DNA from: Octopus sinensis
Lineage: Eukaryota
Direction: 5' to 3'
Assembly (NCBI RefSeq): GCF_006345805.1
Contig: NC_042997.1
Location: forward strand, 35,588,001-35,652,000
Length of the DNA stretch: 64,000 nucleotides
Position numbers and translations under genes: made by a program
Notes under the pieces: model-generated
The model's database searches: none
The model's input: the letters and a program-made list of their open reading frames with translations, nothing else
Told to the model about the DNA's origin: nothing
Shown here: positions 52,631-64,000 of the stretch, in pieces
How positions within the stretch are numbered: position 1 is the stretch's first letter
Layout of the letters: each line of letters starts with the position of its first letter

Positions 52631-53049
52631 AATATATATAAATTAATTATATAATAATATATGTAATTATTTAAATAAATTATATAATAATTAAAGACAA
52701 TTTTCAAAACGCAATACGCATATATGTAAATGATAATTCTCAATGTACCGGTCACACGCCGCGATGATTCAAGTCAAAGCGTGAATAGAGATAAAAAAAT
52801 AGATGGAGACATTTTCTGTTCGAAACGTCACATTCAAAATCATTATGTATTATACAAATGTTTTGTAAACAATTTATGGCCTTTCAAAAAAACAATTACT
52901 TCTGAGATAAGAGCAAAGCTGCAAATACCGTGACGTACATGGTTACAACTGATTTCCACAAAGTAGTGAGAGTTCTTGTATCCCTCTAAGTATGTATCTG
53001 AAGAAACATACACACCTACGCGCATACATAAAAGCATACTATATAGCAG

Positions 53050-53215
53050 CATTTCCTATGTCTTTACGTTCTGAGTACAAATTCCACCAAGGGCGAATTT
53101 ACCTTTCATCATTTCGTGATCGAGAAATTTAGTACCATTTACGCACTGGGGTCGATGTAATCGATTATCCTCCGACCTCAAATAACAAGCCTTGTGCCTA
53201 TAGTAGAAAGGATTA
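53050..53215 (+). mobile_element. SINE family B, right-monomer-type fragment
   Basis: TTTACGTTCTGAGTACAAATTCCACC...CTGGGGTCGATGTAATCGA...CCTTGTGCCTATAGTAGAAAG. Confidence 0.8.
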
Positions 53216-53221
53216 TTACAA

Positions 53222-53648
53222 CAATATGTGCACGCCAGGGTAATCTCATATCAAGATAAACAGCACTTGACCTTGCAGGTGGGGCCCAGTTAGAATTTTT
53301 TTCTGGTCGAGTAACCCATCTGGCCCAAAAAGACCCCGAATAAAGGTTGTTTAAGGATGTTGATCGAACTACCCATGTTTCCAGAGGTGAATTATTCAAA
53401 CAGCAAAGACTCCCTCTCAAAACATGGCTATAATGCTCCCTCATTACTTCTGCTCGTGATCAATGATCCACATATCGTCAGCCATTAAGGGACATGGTAA
53501 ACTAGTTAAGGTCAAACAACCGACAAGTAAATCTGTGGTATTGAGCAGAATATTTGCTGCGGCCCATCTTTTATACCAAGATTTAACAACGTACCTGATA
53601 ACACTTCCAATCATTTAAGATCAGAAACCACGGTACTGCATCAGGGCA

Positions 53649-53725
<77 letters not shown>

Positions 53726-53733
53726 TATTATTA

Positions 53734-53811
<78 letters not shown>

Positions 53812-53812
53812 A
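53222..53812 (+). mobile_element. Probable retroposon 3' portion ending in a long (ATT)n/(ATC)n tail
   Basis: About 425 bp of mixed sequence ending GGTACTGCATCAGGGCA directly followed by ~165 bp of (ATT)n-(ATC)n. Only one copy in the window; recalled as an Octopus repeat but not verified. Confidence 0.5.
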
Positions 53813-53959
53813 ACTATTATAGTTAAGATGAAGAGCGCGAGTCGATTGTAATAGATATTTTATTGGTTGAATGATATTTCAACAGTACGCAAAATAAGAA
53901 GTGATAAAAATTCAAAATTATAGAAATCTAAACGTAGTGTATGAACGAGAGCAACCAAT

Positions 53960-55352
53960 GTCCACACGTTGATAGAATGTCATGATCAGTTTTTTAGTTT
54001 CAATTTTATAAAAGGCGAAAAGAAAGACAGTAAAAAAAAGAAATAGAAGACAACAGGAGAAAAGAAAGAAAAAAGAGTAAATGTAGAATATTTAATCAAA
54101 GGGTTTTGTTTAAATTTGATGATATTCTCCTGCTATACTATTCATTCCTCCAGGACGTATATATTAACAACCCGCAAACATATTTCTTCTCATACAGTCT
54201 GAGTGAAGCAGATTCAGAATATTTTCTGAGAATATGCACTTTCAAGTCTTCTTCAAAATTGCAGCCGCTTGAAACGAAATGATCAGCAAGTTCTGACGAA
54301 CTACGGATATTGTGCCTGACGCCGAATCTGTGCCCATTAAACCTTTTGTTTAATTGTTCTGTTGCACAACCCAACATCAATCAAATTCTGTTTCCTACAT
54401 TCTGCAGCGCACACCAAATGGAAATCTCGACATGTCCCACCTCCTGTATAAATCATAACATTTCTGTTATGATCCCTGATGGAATTCACTTCATTCACGT
54501 TGTTGTACAACGAACAGGGCTTACCTCTCTTGTGACTGTTCTTCAAAGTACAGCCTGCAGATACTCCAATGTTCGTTTTATTGGAGTCAGAAATAGAGGT
54601 CAGCAATTCTCTTATATTCTTATTCCGTCTAAATGGTACAATAGGCGGCTGAGGAAATATCTGTTTGAAACGGGGATATCTTTTTGCCACATGCTGGTAA
54701 CATTCATGCAACGCTTTCGAAATGCCAGCGAAATGTCGGTGCCAGTTAATCACTAAAGGAATTCTGTCATCCATTTATTGTATGGTGTTTGTTAAAATTA
54801 TGCGTGAAGGTTAGACTATCTTTGCTAATCCTTGCTATTTCATTTGCTATTTCCTTTAATCGGGATTCACTGTAACCGCATTTGGCACAATGACATACAA
54901 AAGCATTTGCATCGTCTCAGTAATCCTATATGTCAGTACAAATCCGTTTTATCCTGAAAAGTTGGGATTTCGGATTTGACCAAATGAGATGATGCGGATG
55001 ATCGGAGCGGCTGTGGAAATAAATGTGGGATGACGTGGGCTTGCAAAATAAGACTTTAGTGTCCAAAAATTCAACGCTGGTTTTTGAAAAGCTCGACGTA
55101 AATTTTATGTTGGACTTAAAGCCATAGTTTCTAGCATAACAGTCACAACAATTCAAGAAGTCCATTAAACTATCGTGTTATCCTTCCAAGATAAAAAAAA
55201 AATACGTCATCAATGAACCGTAACCAGGAGGGATTTGAATGTCCTCAGTAACTCTGTCTCGAATTTCAAAATTGCAGCTGCTTGAAACGAATTGTTCAGC
55301 AAGTTCTCTCGAACTAGTGTTATTGTGCCTGACGGCGAATTTGTGTGCGTTA
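53960..55352 (-). mobile_element. Penelope-like element (PLE): RT C-terminal half and GIY-YIG endonuclease, decayed, preceded by a partial tandem copy
   Basis: WLRFIDDVF (55227-55201), IKFT...SVEFLD, YFHSRSDHPHH...PKSQLFRIKRIC, RIPLVI, PPIVPFRRNKNIRELL, then C-x2-C-like spacing, DVG and EQLNKRFNGHR (GIY-YIG-type). These are characteristic PLE motifs. Frameshifted. Confidence 0.9.
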
Positions 55353-55530
55353 CTCTGTCGATGTTGGTGTGTTTATGTCCTCGAAACGTAGCTGTTCGGC
55401 AAATGGAACCGATTGAGTGAGTATTCGGCTTACAAAGAATAAGTTCCTGGGTCGATTTCTTCGACTAAAACCGTATAGGGTGATGCTCCATAATGGCCGT
55501 TGTCAAATGACTGACTGACACATGTAAAAG
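55353..55530 (+). mobile_element. SINE family A 3' half
   Basis: GATGTTGGTGTGTTTATGTCC...GGCTTACAAAGAATAAG...GGTCGATTTCTTCGACTAA...TGCTCCATAATGGCCG. Confidence 0.8.
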
Positions 55531-55537
55531 AAAGAAA

Positions 55538-55681
<144 letters not shown>

Positions 55682-55880
55682 TGATGCAGCACGGATTTTT
55701 GTCAGTGAACGTCTTAGAGCGACGAAAATATTTTGACAAATTTAACTTAAATGTTGAAGTGAATGGAACGCCATTTGTGTGTTTCCTAAATGGCTTACAA
55801 CCACCATCCACGCTGCAATTGCTTTCGTTTCAGCACACGATCTCAGATCAAATCACTTGCTATGCAAGTACATCTCCGTA

Positions 55881-55936
<56 letters not shown>

Positions 55937-56815
55937 GTGTGTGTGTGAGTGTGTAAATTCTCACTTTAAACAACCTATTGTCTCATCACGTGATCTTTTG
56001 AAATTGTAGAAAACTTTATATGCTGAAGCTGCATCAATGCTAACAATGTATTATAGTAAACGCTGAAAAGAGAATGAGCTGCCTTATCCATTTTCTTCTT
56101 CGTTACATTCATCTCTTAATTTGAGTTATGCCCTCGAAGACCTTATCTAATGTGAACGAATTATAGTCGGTAGTATTTTGTATTTTATCTGGATGAAAAC
56201 TTGCGCAAATTAATTATTAGAGATCATGAAGTTTTATATGAATTGTAAATTAATTGTTTTGTCTTATACAAAACCAACATTTTTAAAGAAATATGTTTTA
56301 CCAGTCTTTGTAATTGAGCATCTCATATCTTCATTGGTTTCAGAATTTCTCTATTTATATGATCCTCTGAAAAACGATGACATTGTTTGTCAAACTGTCA
56401 TGTGTAGTGAGCGAGGTTACTTCTCTTTCATCCGAATCGCATCCATTAGCTCTCCTTAACTCTGTTCTATAGTTTGTGTAATGAGTCATGATTTAATGTA
56501 TTGCAAAATTAAAACAATACGATGCGATAAAGGGTAACATTAACAACAAAATATTTTTATCATATTCAACTGGCTATTACTAATTATCTTGCTATGATAG
56601 AGAGCGAATGCGAAATAGATGAGCTCCCTCTTACTTGAGTCTTGAAATGGATGAGCTCCCTGTTACTTGAGAATAATTCTTGTTTTTTTTTCTTTGAAAG
56701 CAAATTTAGAAATTTTGATTTTCTTTAGCCCAAGGTCGTTCCTTACGGTGCTCCAGATTGATTAAATGAATTTCAAACAATAACATAATATTTTCGTTGT
56801 ATATAAGACATTACG

Positions 56816-56921
<106 letters not shown>

Positions 56922-56955
56922 ATATATATATATATATATGTATGTATGCATGTAT

Positions 56956-57180
56956 GTATGTAGGTGTGTGTATTTTTGCCTGTGTTTGTCCCCACGTCAC
57001 AGCTTGACAACCGGTGTTGCTGTGTTTATGCACCTGTAACTTAGTGGTTCGGATAAATAGGCCGGTAGAATTAGGCCTAGTCTTTACAAAAAAAACCCAA
57101 AAGGTATGGGGTCAATTTGTTCGACTAAAGATGGTGCTCCAGCATGTCCGCAGTCGAACGACTGAAACAAGTAAAAGAAT
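56956..57180 (+). mobile_element. SINE family A 3' half, preceded by (TA)n/(TG)n linker
   Basis: TGTGTTTGTCCCC...GCTTGACAACCGG...GGGGTCAATTTGTTCGACTAAAGATGGTGCTCCAGCATGTCCGCAGTCGAACGACTGAAACAAGTAAAAG. Confidence 0.85.
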
Positions 57181-58440
57181 ATAGGAATATATACTAATAT
57201 GGCTTAGAGTTGTAATTCGTATTACGTTTGTTTAATCTTTTAATCTATAGCTCCAATTTTATACGATGTTCAGTTCTCAGTCACATTCACATCAACATAT
57301 AAGCAGGATGCGAATCATAACTAACATATGTTTCACGACTTTTGAGCATGTATGTTTTAAGTGCTAATTTGTGAAATAACGTCATATAGATGAATCTCCC
57401 GAGGAAGTGAATTCTAGCAATATAATTTTAACAGAGATCTCGTTAAGTACGGTGATCGTAAATAAAATACTCGCGGCATTTTGAAGGCATTAACTCTTAA
57501 TGCGATATTTATTGCTATGTTGTGATTAAAAGACTTGGTAGATAAATTTCATTTGCAAAATGTGTATATGTATAAAGCTCAAAGAATTTATCGTTTTACA
57601 CAGCGACATGTTTATAAGTGTAGGGGTTTTATGTCAACTATTAAACGTTTCGTTATTGCAGATGTTTGACGCCCAACGCTAAAATCAAGTAGACAATAAT
57701 AAGTATAATTCTGGAATGTCAGAGCTGTAAAAAAAAATATGTATACGTATACATATATAAAATTAAACGCAGACACACCAGCACATACGCACACACACAC
57801 ACACACACACACACATACATGCTCATACACTCATACACGTACACATAGATATATAAGCGGTAACGACTGACAGGTTTATTTTAAAATGTATAGTCTTGAA
57901 CACACTATAAAAATCCATGCAAAACCACACCGATATGTGATACTGAATAATTGTCTCTCACATACCTCTATCTGCAATATACACGAAAACATTCATGCTG
58001 ATATACAAACACACGTATATATATATATATCTACTTGTAAGTAGATGGCTGTACAAATTTGTCTATCTGAATAAGTATATTTCAAGATACATTGTTTACA
58101 TAAAAATATAAGAACATCATAAAAGTGCACTGAACATCAGAGTGTCTGTAAAATAAAAATAAAAATACCATATTTGTGCAAAAAGAAACTGCATACGTAC
58201 AGGTGGGACCTTACGCCCACGACTGTCCCGTCACGCAAACCTGCAGGCACTTACAGCACGGACGCAGGAATATTTGCTATACCTACATTTACTCCTTACT
58301 AAGACATCACCATAACCGTAATCGTTCATTCATTCTATAACATTCTCTCTACATTGCAACTAATAAGCATAAAGTGAGAAAATCATGGGATTGGGATGGG
58401 GATGGAACTCGTTTAGCGAAGATACGTTATTTATGAGCTC

Positions 58441-58640
58441 GTGGTGGCTTGGTTGGGTTGTTGGACACATTGTAGTTTCAATTCCTGGACACGTTGTTTT
58501 CTTCAGCAAAACACTTCATGTCACGTTGCTCAGTTGGCAAAAATGAGTCATTCTGCAACAGACTGGTGTCCTGTTCAGGTGGGGACTATATACGCCATGA
58601 AAATGGGAAACTGGCCCTTATAAGTCGGTATGAGTCGAGA
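58441..58640 (+). mobile_element. Diverged SINE (family-C-like middle with V-domain-like 3' part)
   Basis: CTTCAGCAAAACACTTCATGTCACGTTGCTCAG matches family C. GCAACAGACTGGTGTCCTGTTCAGGTGGGGAC...GAAAATGGGAAACTGGCCCTTAT matches 19734-19830 on the minus strand. Confidence 0.65.
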
Positions 58641-61600
58641 ATATAACTTTACCTATTTTTATATGACTGACTAACTGAAGCAGTCAATGGGTTAATTAGT
58701 CGACAAATGGCAATAAAATATACATGATAATTCGTATTAAAGAAATGACTCTTATCTGATACATTTGTTTAGTAAGATTTCGCATGAAAAATATTGCAAG
58801 AAAGACTGAATTATTTAAAATTCTTCAATTTTTTCAGAAAAGAGATATCTTTGAAAGAGCACACGCACGTACAAACTCAGATACACACACATATTTGTAT
58901 GCGCGCGTGTGTGAGAATGTGGGTGCGACTGTAAGGGAGTAAGAGAGGATGAGGGAGTGAGATTATTTACGTATATACGTACATATCTGAGCAAATAAAA
59001 CATAAGTAAACTAAATACTCAAATAAAGATAATTTACAGCTCCTCATATCTTATGTCGCTTTGAGAAGAAACATGTGCATATGGTAAGAAATATAATTTA
59101 TATAATGCTCTAGAGAACTGTTTATTTCAGTCATACAGGTGTTGGATCTTGACTGCCTTTGTGCCATATATTTCTATTGTGAAAAATATGGTGGATAATA
59201 TATAGTTTGTTGAGACGGAAGACCTCAAATTTCGAAGAAGTGCAGGTGATTAGATTAGTCCAAATGTATTATTGTAGCTTATTGAATATTTCAAATCAGA
59301 ATACTGCGAAATGTAGTAGACTACAAGACGGTTTTTCCGATGTCATTGTGAATCTACCACTTCTGGAAAGATAACAATTATGAATTTAGGAAAGATGAGT
59401 AGTGTATTTCGACTCAATTACGTTAAAGACAGGCAGTTTCACCAATGAGAAGCATATACCGCACAGGCGAAACTGTAGTGGAGAATATAAAGAGAGGTAT
59501 GCAAACTCGAGAATGACGTTTCGTCAGCGTTCTGCATCACTAATGCTCTTCCACGTGGAAATAATAATCATACTTCACAGAAGATAAATAATTTCGTGAT
59601 GGACTTACTGATGAATTGCATTCAAATATGAGTCGATTAAAGTGGCATTACTTCCTTCCAGAATGGCGTGTCCATTGTGTATTTGCCGTGAGAAATGAAT
59701 AAAGTTAGGGACGGATTCGAGAGAAGTTGTATTGAACGGTTATTCGAAATAACCTGACAACAAAATATTAAAAGCTCTACGTGATTGAAATACTGAATGC
59801 AAATGTATGGTGGTATGCCCACAATTCAAGCGCTGATCATTTTTCACCATTTAGATATTCAAGTTCATTATATTGGCTCTATTCATTTCATATGAATTTG
59901 CAGCACTAGGAAAAGCAAACAAACATGAAGCACATGATTACTTCATCATTTTCGGTCACCATCGTACAACAAATCATTATCTACGTTTGAAAAGATTCTG
60001 ACCTCCAGTTTCAGCTTACTTACTCAATCTCTTTTCTCATTCGTTTTAGCCTTTATGCATGCTACATCATCTACAATGCGTAACAACGCCACGTTTTAAA
60101 ATCACGACTACATACTTCCGCAAATGTTTGATCATTACTTCTACTAAAGGAAAACCTAGGAAATATGCGTCTTATACAATGACCACAATACATTTTTATT
60201 CATTAGTATATAGGCTGGAAAATTCCTTCGGCTGTGAAGGAAGTCTCAGAGTATTATCATTCATAAAGTATAAATAATATCATATACGAAATATGTTCTG
60301 ATGTTATACTATAATAAATGCATAGAGAAATATATTATAGAATGTGATTAATGGTCATAGATAATGAGATAATGTTAGTCGATTGATAAAAAGATCTGTG
60401 TTTTCATTTATGTTGGAAAAATAAGAGTTATACAATTAAACTGGAACATTTTGCTACCTGACTCGTCTGCATTGCTTCATGCAAACGAAAAGCACACAAT
60501 AAACTCCAAAAATTTTTTGGCATGCTAATGTTGAAGATGTATTACAATATTTTTTCTCATTTGTTTTGCAACAATCTATATTTCTGATGCCTATATATAT
60601 TTATGTGTCTGTGCACGGCATATCAAGCTCCAAAGACAGATCGTAATTTGGATTGCTTTAGTACAATTGGTCACAGGTGAAATGTCAAAAGGTATCTCAG
60701 TTTACGCAATAATGAAAGCACCTGTGAGATGGTTGAACAGAGTTAGAACTGATAGTGTTTAGAGTAAATCATGAGTTAAATAAGATTGTGCTATATTTTG
60801 GACAGGTCAGCTAGAGTATTCAGTGCACTGTTATCGAGGTTAACGTGTTTTGACAAGATTGTTCTTTACCGCATTATTTCTAGTTCCGTTGTACTGCATG
60901 CCACGTATCGTTAACTAGATCGGCAGATCAACCAAAATTTTGAAGTGAATTTGGCGGTCGGAAACACAAAGAAAGTCATCAAGATATGCGTAGGAAAATT
61001 TATTTGTAATCACTACAATTGTTTTCATGCGACGTAGTTCTATAGATTCGTAGGTATTTGGTTATGTAACCGTTTCCTTGTATTAAGAAATCTTCTCTTT
61101 CAACAAGTGAAATAGAAATATTGTTTCTGTGTTGCGGAATCTCATATCTTCGGTTTTGACCTCATCCTTCTTGTCTGTCGTGGGTATGCTATATAATAGT
61201 TACTACTCGGTGTATCAGAATGTGTGTTGCGGTTGAAGAATTCTGGATGAATATATTTTGGAAAGAATGGAGTCTACCTATATATATATATATAATATAT
61301 ATATATCAATAGGTGAATGAATTATCCTATGTTTCTCGTCAGTATGGAAAATTCGTCGAACCGAAATCAGGGTAGCAAATTCACGTCAGAAACACGGCTG
61401 AAGCGACCTGTCCAAGGGTAGAAACTCTGGGTTCATGTGCAAAAATGTGTGTGTTGTATATAAATAAATGAAAGAATGGAGTCGAACGAAGATGTGAACA
61501 AAATTCCTTTACTCTCGACATATGCTTCGAAGACATCATGGTTTCATTCTAAAGGAATAAAGGGTGCATTATGCAATCTTCTCATATATACATATGTATG

Positions 61601-62302
61601 TATGTATAGGTAGGTAGGTAGGTAGAAATCTCACCCCCATTAAAAAATTGCCATTCAAATGTTGGGTTATCTCCCCAATAAAAAGTCAAGTTAATGTGAC
61701 GACAATAGTTTGGATTAAAAGAGTTAGATCCTTTTAATTCAATACTTCAACACATTGTTGACATTTAGCTTCCTCGCTGGTCATGGTATGAGTTGTTATA
61801 AAAATATTATCAGATTCAGAAAGATGGTTAATGTTTTCATTTCCATGTTTATTAATTTTTTTCAGTTTTGTATGATTTGTTATAAAAATATTATCAGATT
61901 CAAAACGATGTTTCATCTTTTCACTTTTTGTGCTTATTAATTTTATCGTATTTTTTTTTTATTTATGGTGGGTTAAACATTTTTTTAGTTGAGGAAGATA
62001 AACAAAAATTATCGGTAATTTTCGTAAAAGTGGGGGTGGGGCGGATAATCTAATTTTTAAAATACGTACCGGTATGTATACCAACACACACATATATATG
62101 TATGTATGAATACCAACAAACCTCTGTATATGTTTGAGTATGTGTGCATGCGTGTACCTGTGTTGATTACGTAATACATGTTCCCTTGATATATATTCGA
62201 TTTCATATTATGCTATTCACTCGACCAAAAGCTATTGTATGAAGCATATGTGTATTGAGATCACATATTAGATAATTGCCATGGTTATGTCTAAGCTGAA
62301 TT

Positions 62303-62330
<28 letters not shown>

Positions 62331-62333
<3 letters not shown>

Positions 62334-62510
62334 GGAGATTTTACGAAAAAAACAAAAGACGAAGACAGGTGGTATACAAAATAAACAGATGTATTAGTAT
62401 AACGCTTAGGAATAGAAAAAAGTATTTTACCTTTCGAGCCTACGCTCTTCTACAGAAAAGGACACAGAAAAAACAAGGAGAGAAAAAAATGTGTGCAACG
62501 GCTAACGATC
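62331..62510 (-). mobile_element. Related ~180-bp repeat with hammerhead-like motif (second subfamily)
   Basis: Shares layout and short motifs with 6061-6233 (GTATTA..ACGCT.AGGAA; TTTCGAGC..GCTCTTC..GAAA; GAAAAAA.T..CAACGG). Abuts (TA)n at 62304-62328. Confidence 0.6.
62425..62460 (-). ncRNA. Hammerhead-like motif with non-canonical core CUGUAGA
   Basis: Minus strand CUUUU-CUGUAGA-A-GAGC-guag-GCUC-GAAA-GG-UA-AAAU. Perfect 4-bp stem II with tetraloop, GAAA box, and U-A pairs in stem I. Confidence 0.55.
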
Positions 62511-63377
62511 TATTAGAAAGGAAAGAAATGTAATTGTCACAGAGTTTGTATAATGAAATTTATGGTGATGTATGTGTGTTTTTATGCGTGGGTGTGTGTC
62601 TTTCTCTTTACGTTTGTACTCCAGCACCGATCGACAACCTTACGAACTAACAGTTCGGCAAACAAGTCGTATAAAATAAATACTGACATAAAAATATGTA
62701 CCGTCCATGTTTTTTTCGCATAAGCCATTCAAGATGCGTGATATTGCAATCCCACTAATTGCGCAGAAACAAATGAAAGTAATCATGTATGTTATAATTT
62801 CAACTTGCAGTGAATTACTATATTTTATAGAGAACATAAATTCGATTTTTCCACCGCAATAAAAGTATTAGTAAAAATGAAATATTGCAATACATTTTAT
62901 TGTTCTTGAAAGAGAATTTTAGGAAAATTACTGATTAACCTGATTTTACACTGTCCTGTGTATTGTCTAGAGCTAAAGTATTTTACATGAAGCTAAATGT
63001 CAATTTATGAGACACAGGGTACGGGGTGGGGTTGCGATTATTCATAGTACGAGCATCTATGTTAGTATATCCTTGAAAGCATAAATGAGGGTAACTACTC
63101 CTGCAGGTTTTACATCATAAGGCATGGACTACCAAGTTCATAGCTGTAAAATCCCTCTATGAAGAAAGACAGATTGCAATATTTCTTGGGCAGAATTGGT
63201 TAAACGGAATACAATTATGTTGATTTCTTTTTCATCGCCAATGTCTGGTATACGTGAGAGCTCTAACCATTGTTGATTTACAGTTTTAAAAGTTATTGAA
63301 AGAAAGGATATTAATCAATGATCACACGTCCTCTATATGTGAAGTTTAGCCGAATTTAATAGTGGATGATATAAAAC

Positions 63378-63773
63378 GGCGAGCTGGCAGGAGCGTTAGA
63401 GCGCAGGAGGAAATGCTTAGCGGTCTTTCGTCTTTCTTTACGTGCTGAGCTGAAATTCTGCCGAGGTCAACTTTGCCTTTCATCCTTTTAGAGTCGATAA
63501 AATAAGTACCAGTTACCCACTGGGGTCGATATAATAGGCTTAATCCCTTTGCCTGACCTTGTTTGTCCCCTCTATGTTTAACCCCTTGTGGGCAATAAAG
63601 AAATAGGTATTTCGTTTGTCTTTACGTTCTGAGTTCAAATTCTCCCGAGGTCGACTTTGCTTTTCACCCTTTCGGGGTCGATAAATTAAATACCAGTTGC
63701 GTACCGGGGTCGATCTAATCGACTGACTCCTTCTCCCTAAAAATTTCAGGCGCTGTGCCTACAGTAGAAAAGA
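63378..63773 (+). mobile_element. Full-length dimeric tRNA-derived SINE, family B
   Basis: GGCGAGCTGGCAGGAGCGTTAG head, two tandem cores, tail CCTACAGTAGAAAAGA. TSD ATATAA(A/G)AC at 63369-63377 and 63774-63782. Confidence 0.92.
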
Positions 63774-64000
63774 ATATAAGACAGCCTAACTGCTATCTCT
63801 TAGTTATTAACTCTACTAGAATTCACTTGCTTTATTGAAGAGCATTTCTTAGGAATAAGATGTATTACTTTTTTTGCTTGTTTTAACGGTGGCGTACACG
63901 ATTTATCAGGAACGCGATGCCAACATTCTAATGCTAGACCCTGGAAAGTAGTCGGTTAAAGGAAAAAGACATGAAGAGACAGAAAGAGAGGAGGAGAGAG

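Noticed and set aside
59510-59550. Minus-strand GUGAUG-CAG-aacg-CUG-AC-GAAACGUC, hammerhead-like
   Set aside because: The core box is incomplete, there is no stem I, and there is no second copy. Compatible with chance.

Overview
AT-rich eukaryotic non-coding DNA dominated by (TA)n, (CA/TG)n, (TCTA)n and (ATT)n microsatellites and by transposable elements. The repeat families look like those of an Octopus-type cephalopod genome; this is an inference from recalled repeats and was not checked. No intact host protein-coding gene could be identified, and most ORFs in the track are translations of microsatellites. Supported elements: two decayed fragments of one CR1/L2-group LINE, a Penelope-like element (RT plus GIY-YIG) with a partial tandem duplication, three mariner elements, a TIR MITE, a non-autonomous Helitron-like element and about 20 copies of several tRNA-derived SINE families, many with clear target-site duplications. 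The most interesting signals are: (1) three short interspersed repeats carrying minimal type-I hammerhead-ribozyme motifs (6147-6181, 51318-51353, 62425-62460), of the kind associated with Penelope pLTRs and retrozymes, one with a non-canonical CUGUAGA core; (2) a ~40-nt 3' tail shared by the commonest SINE and the LINE, pointing to a SINE-LINE partner pair; (3) head, core and tail module swapping among the SINE families. A few minus-strand exon-like segments are noted at low confidence.
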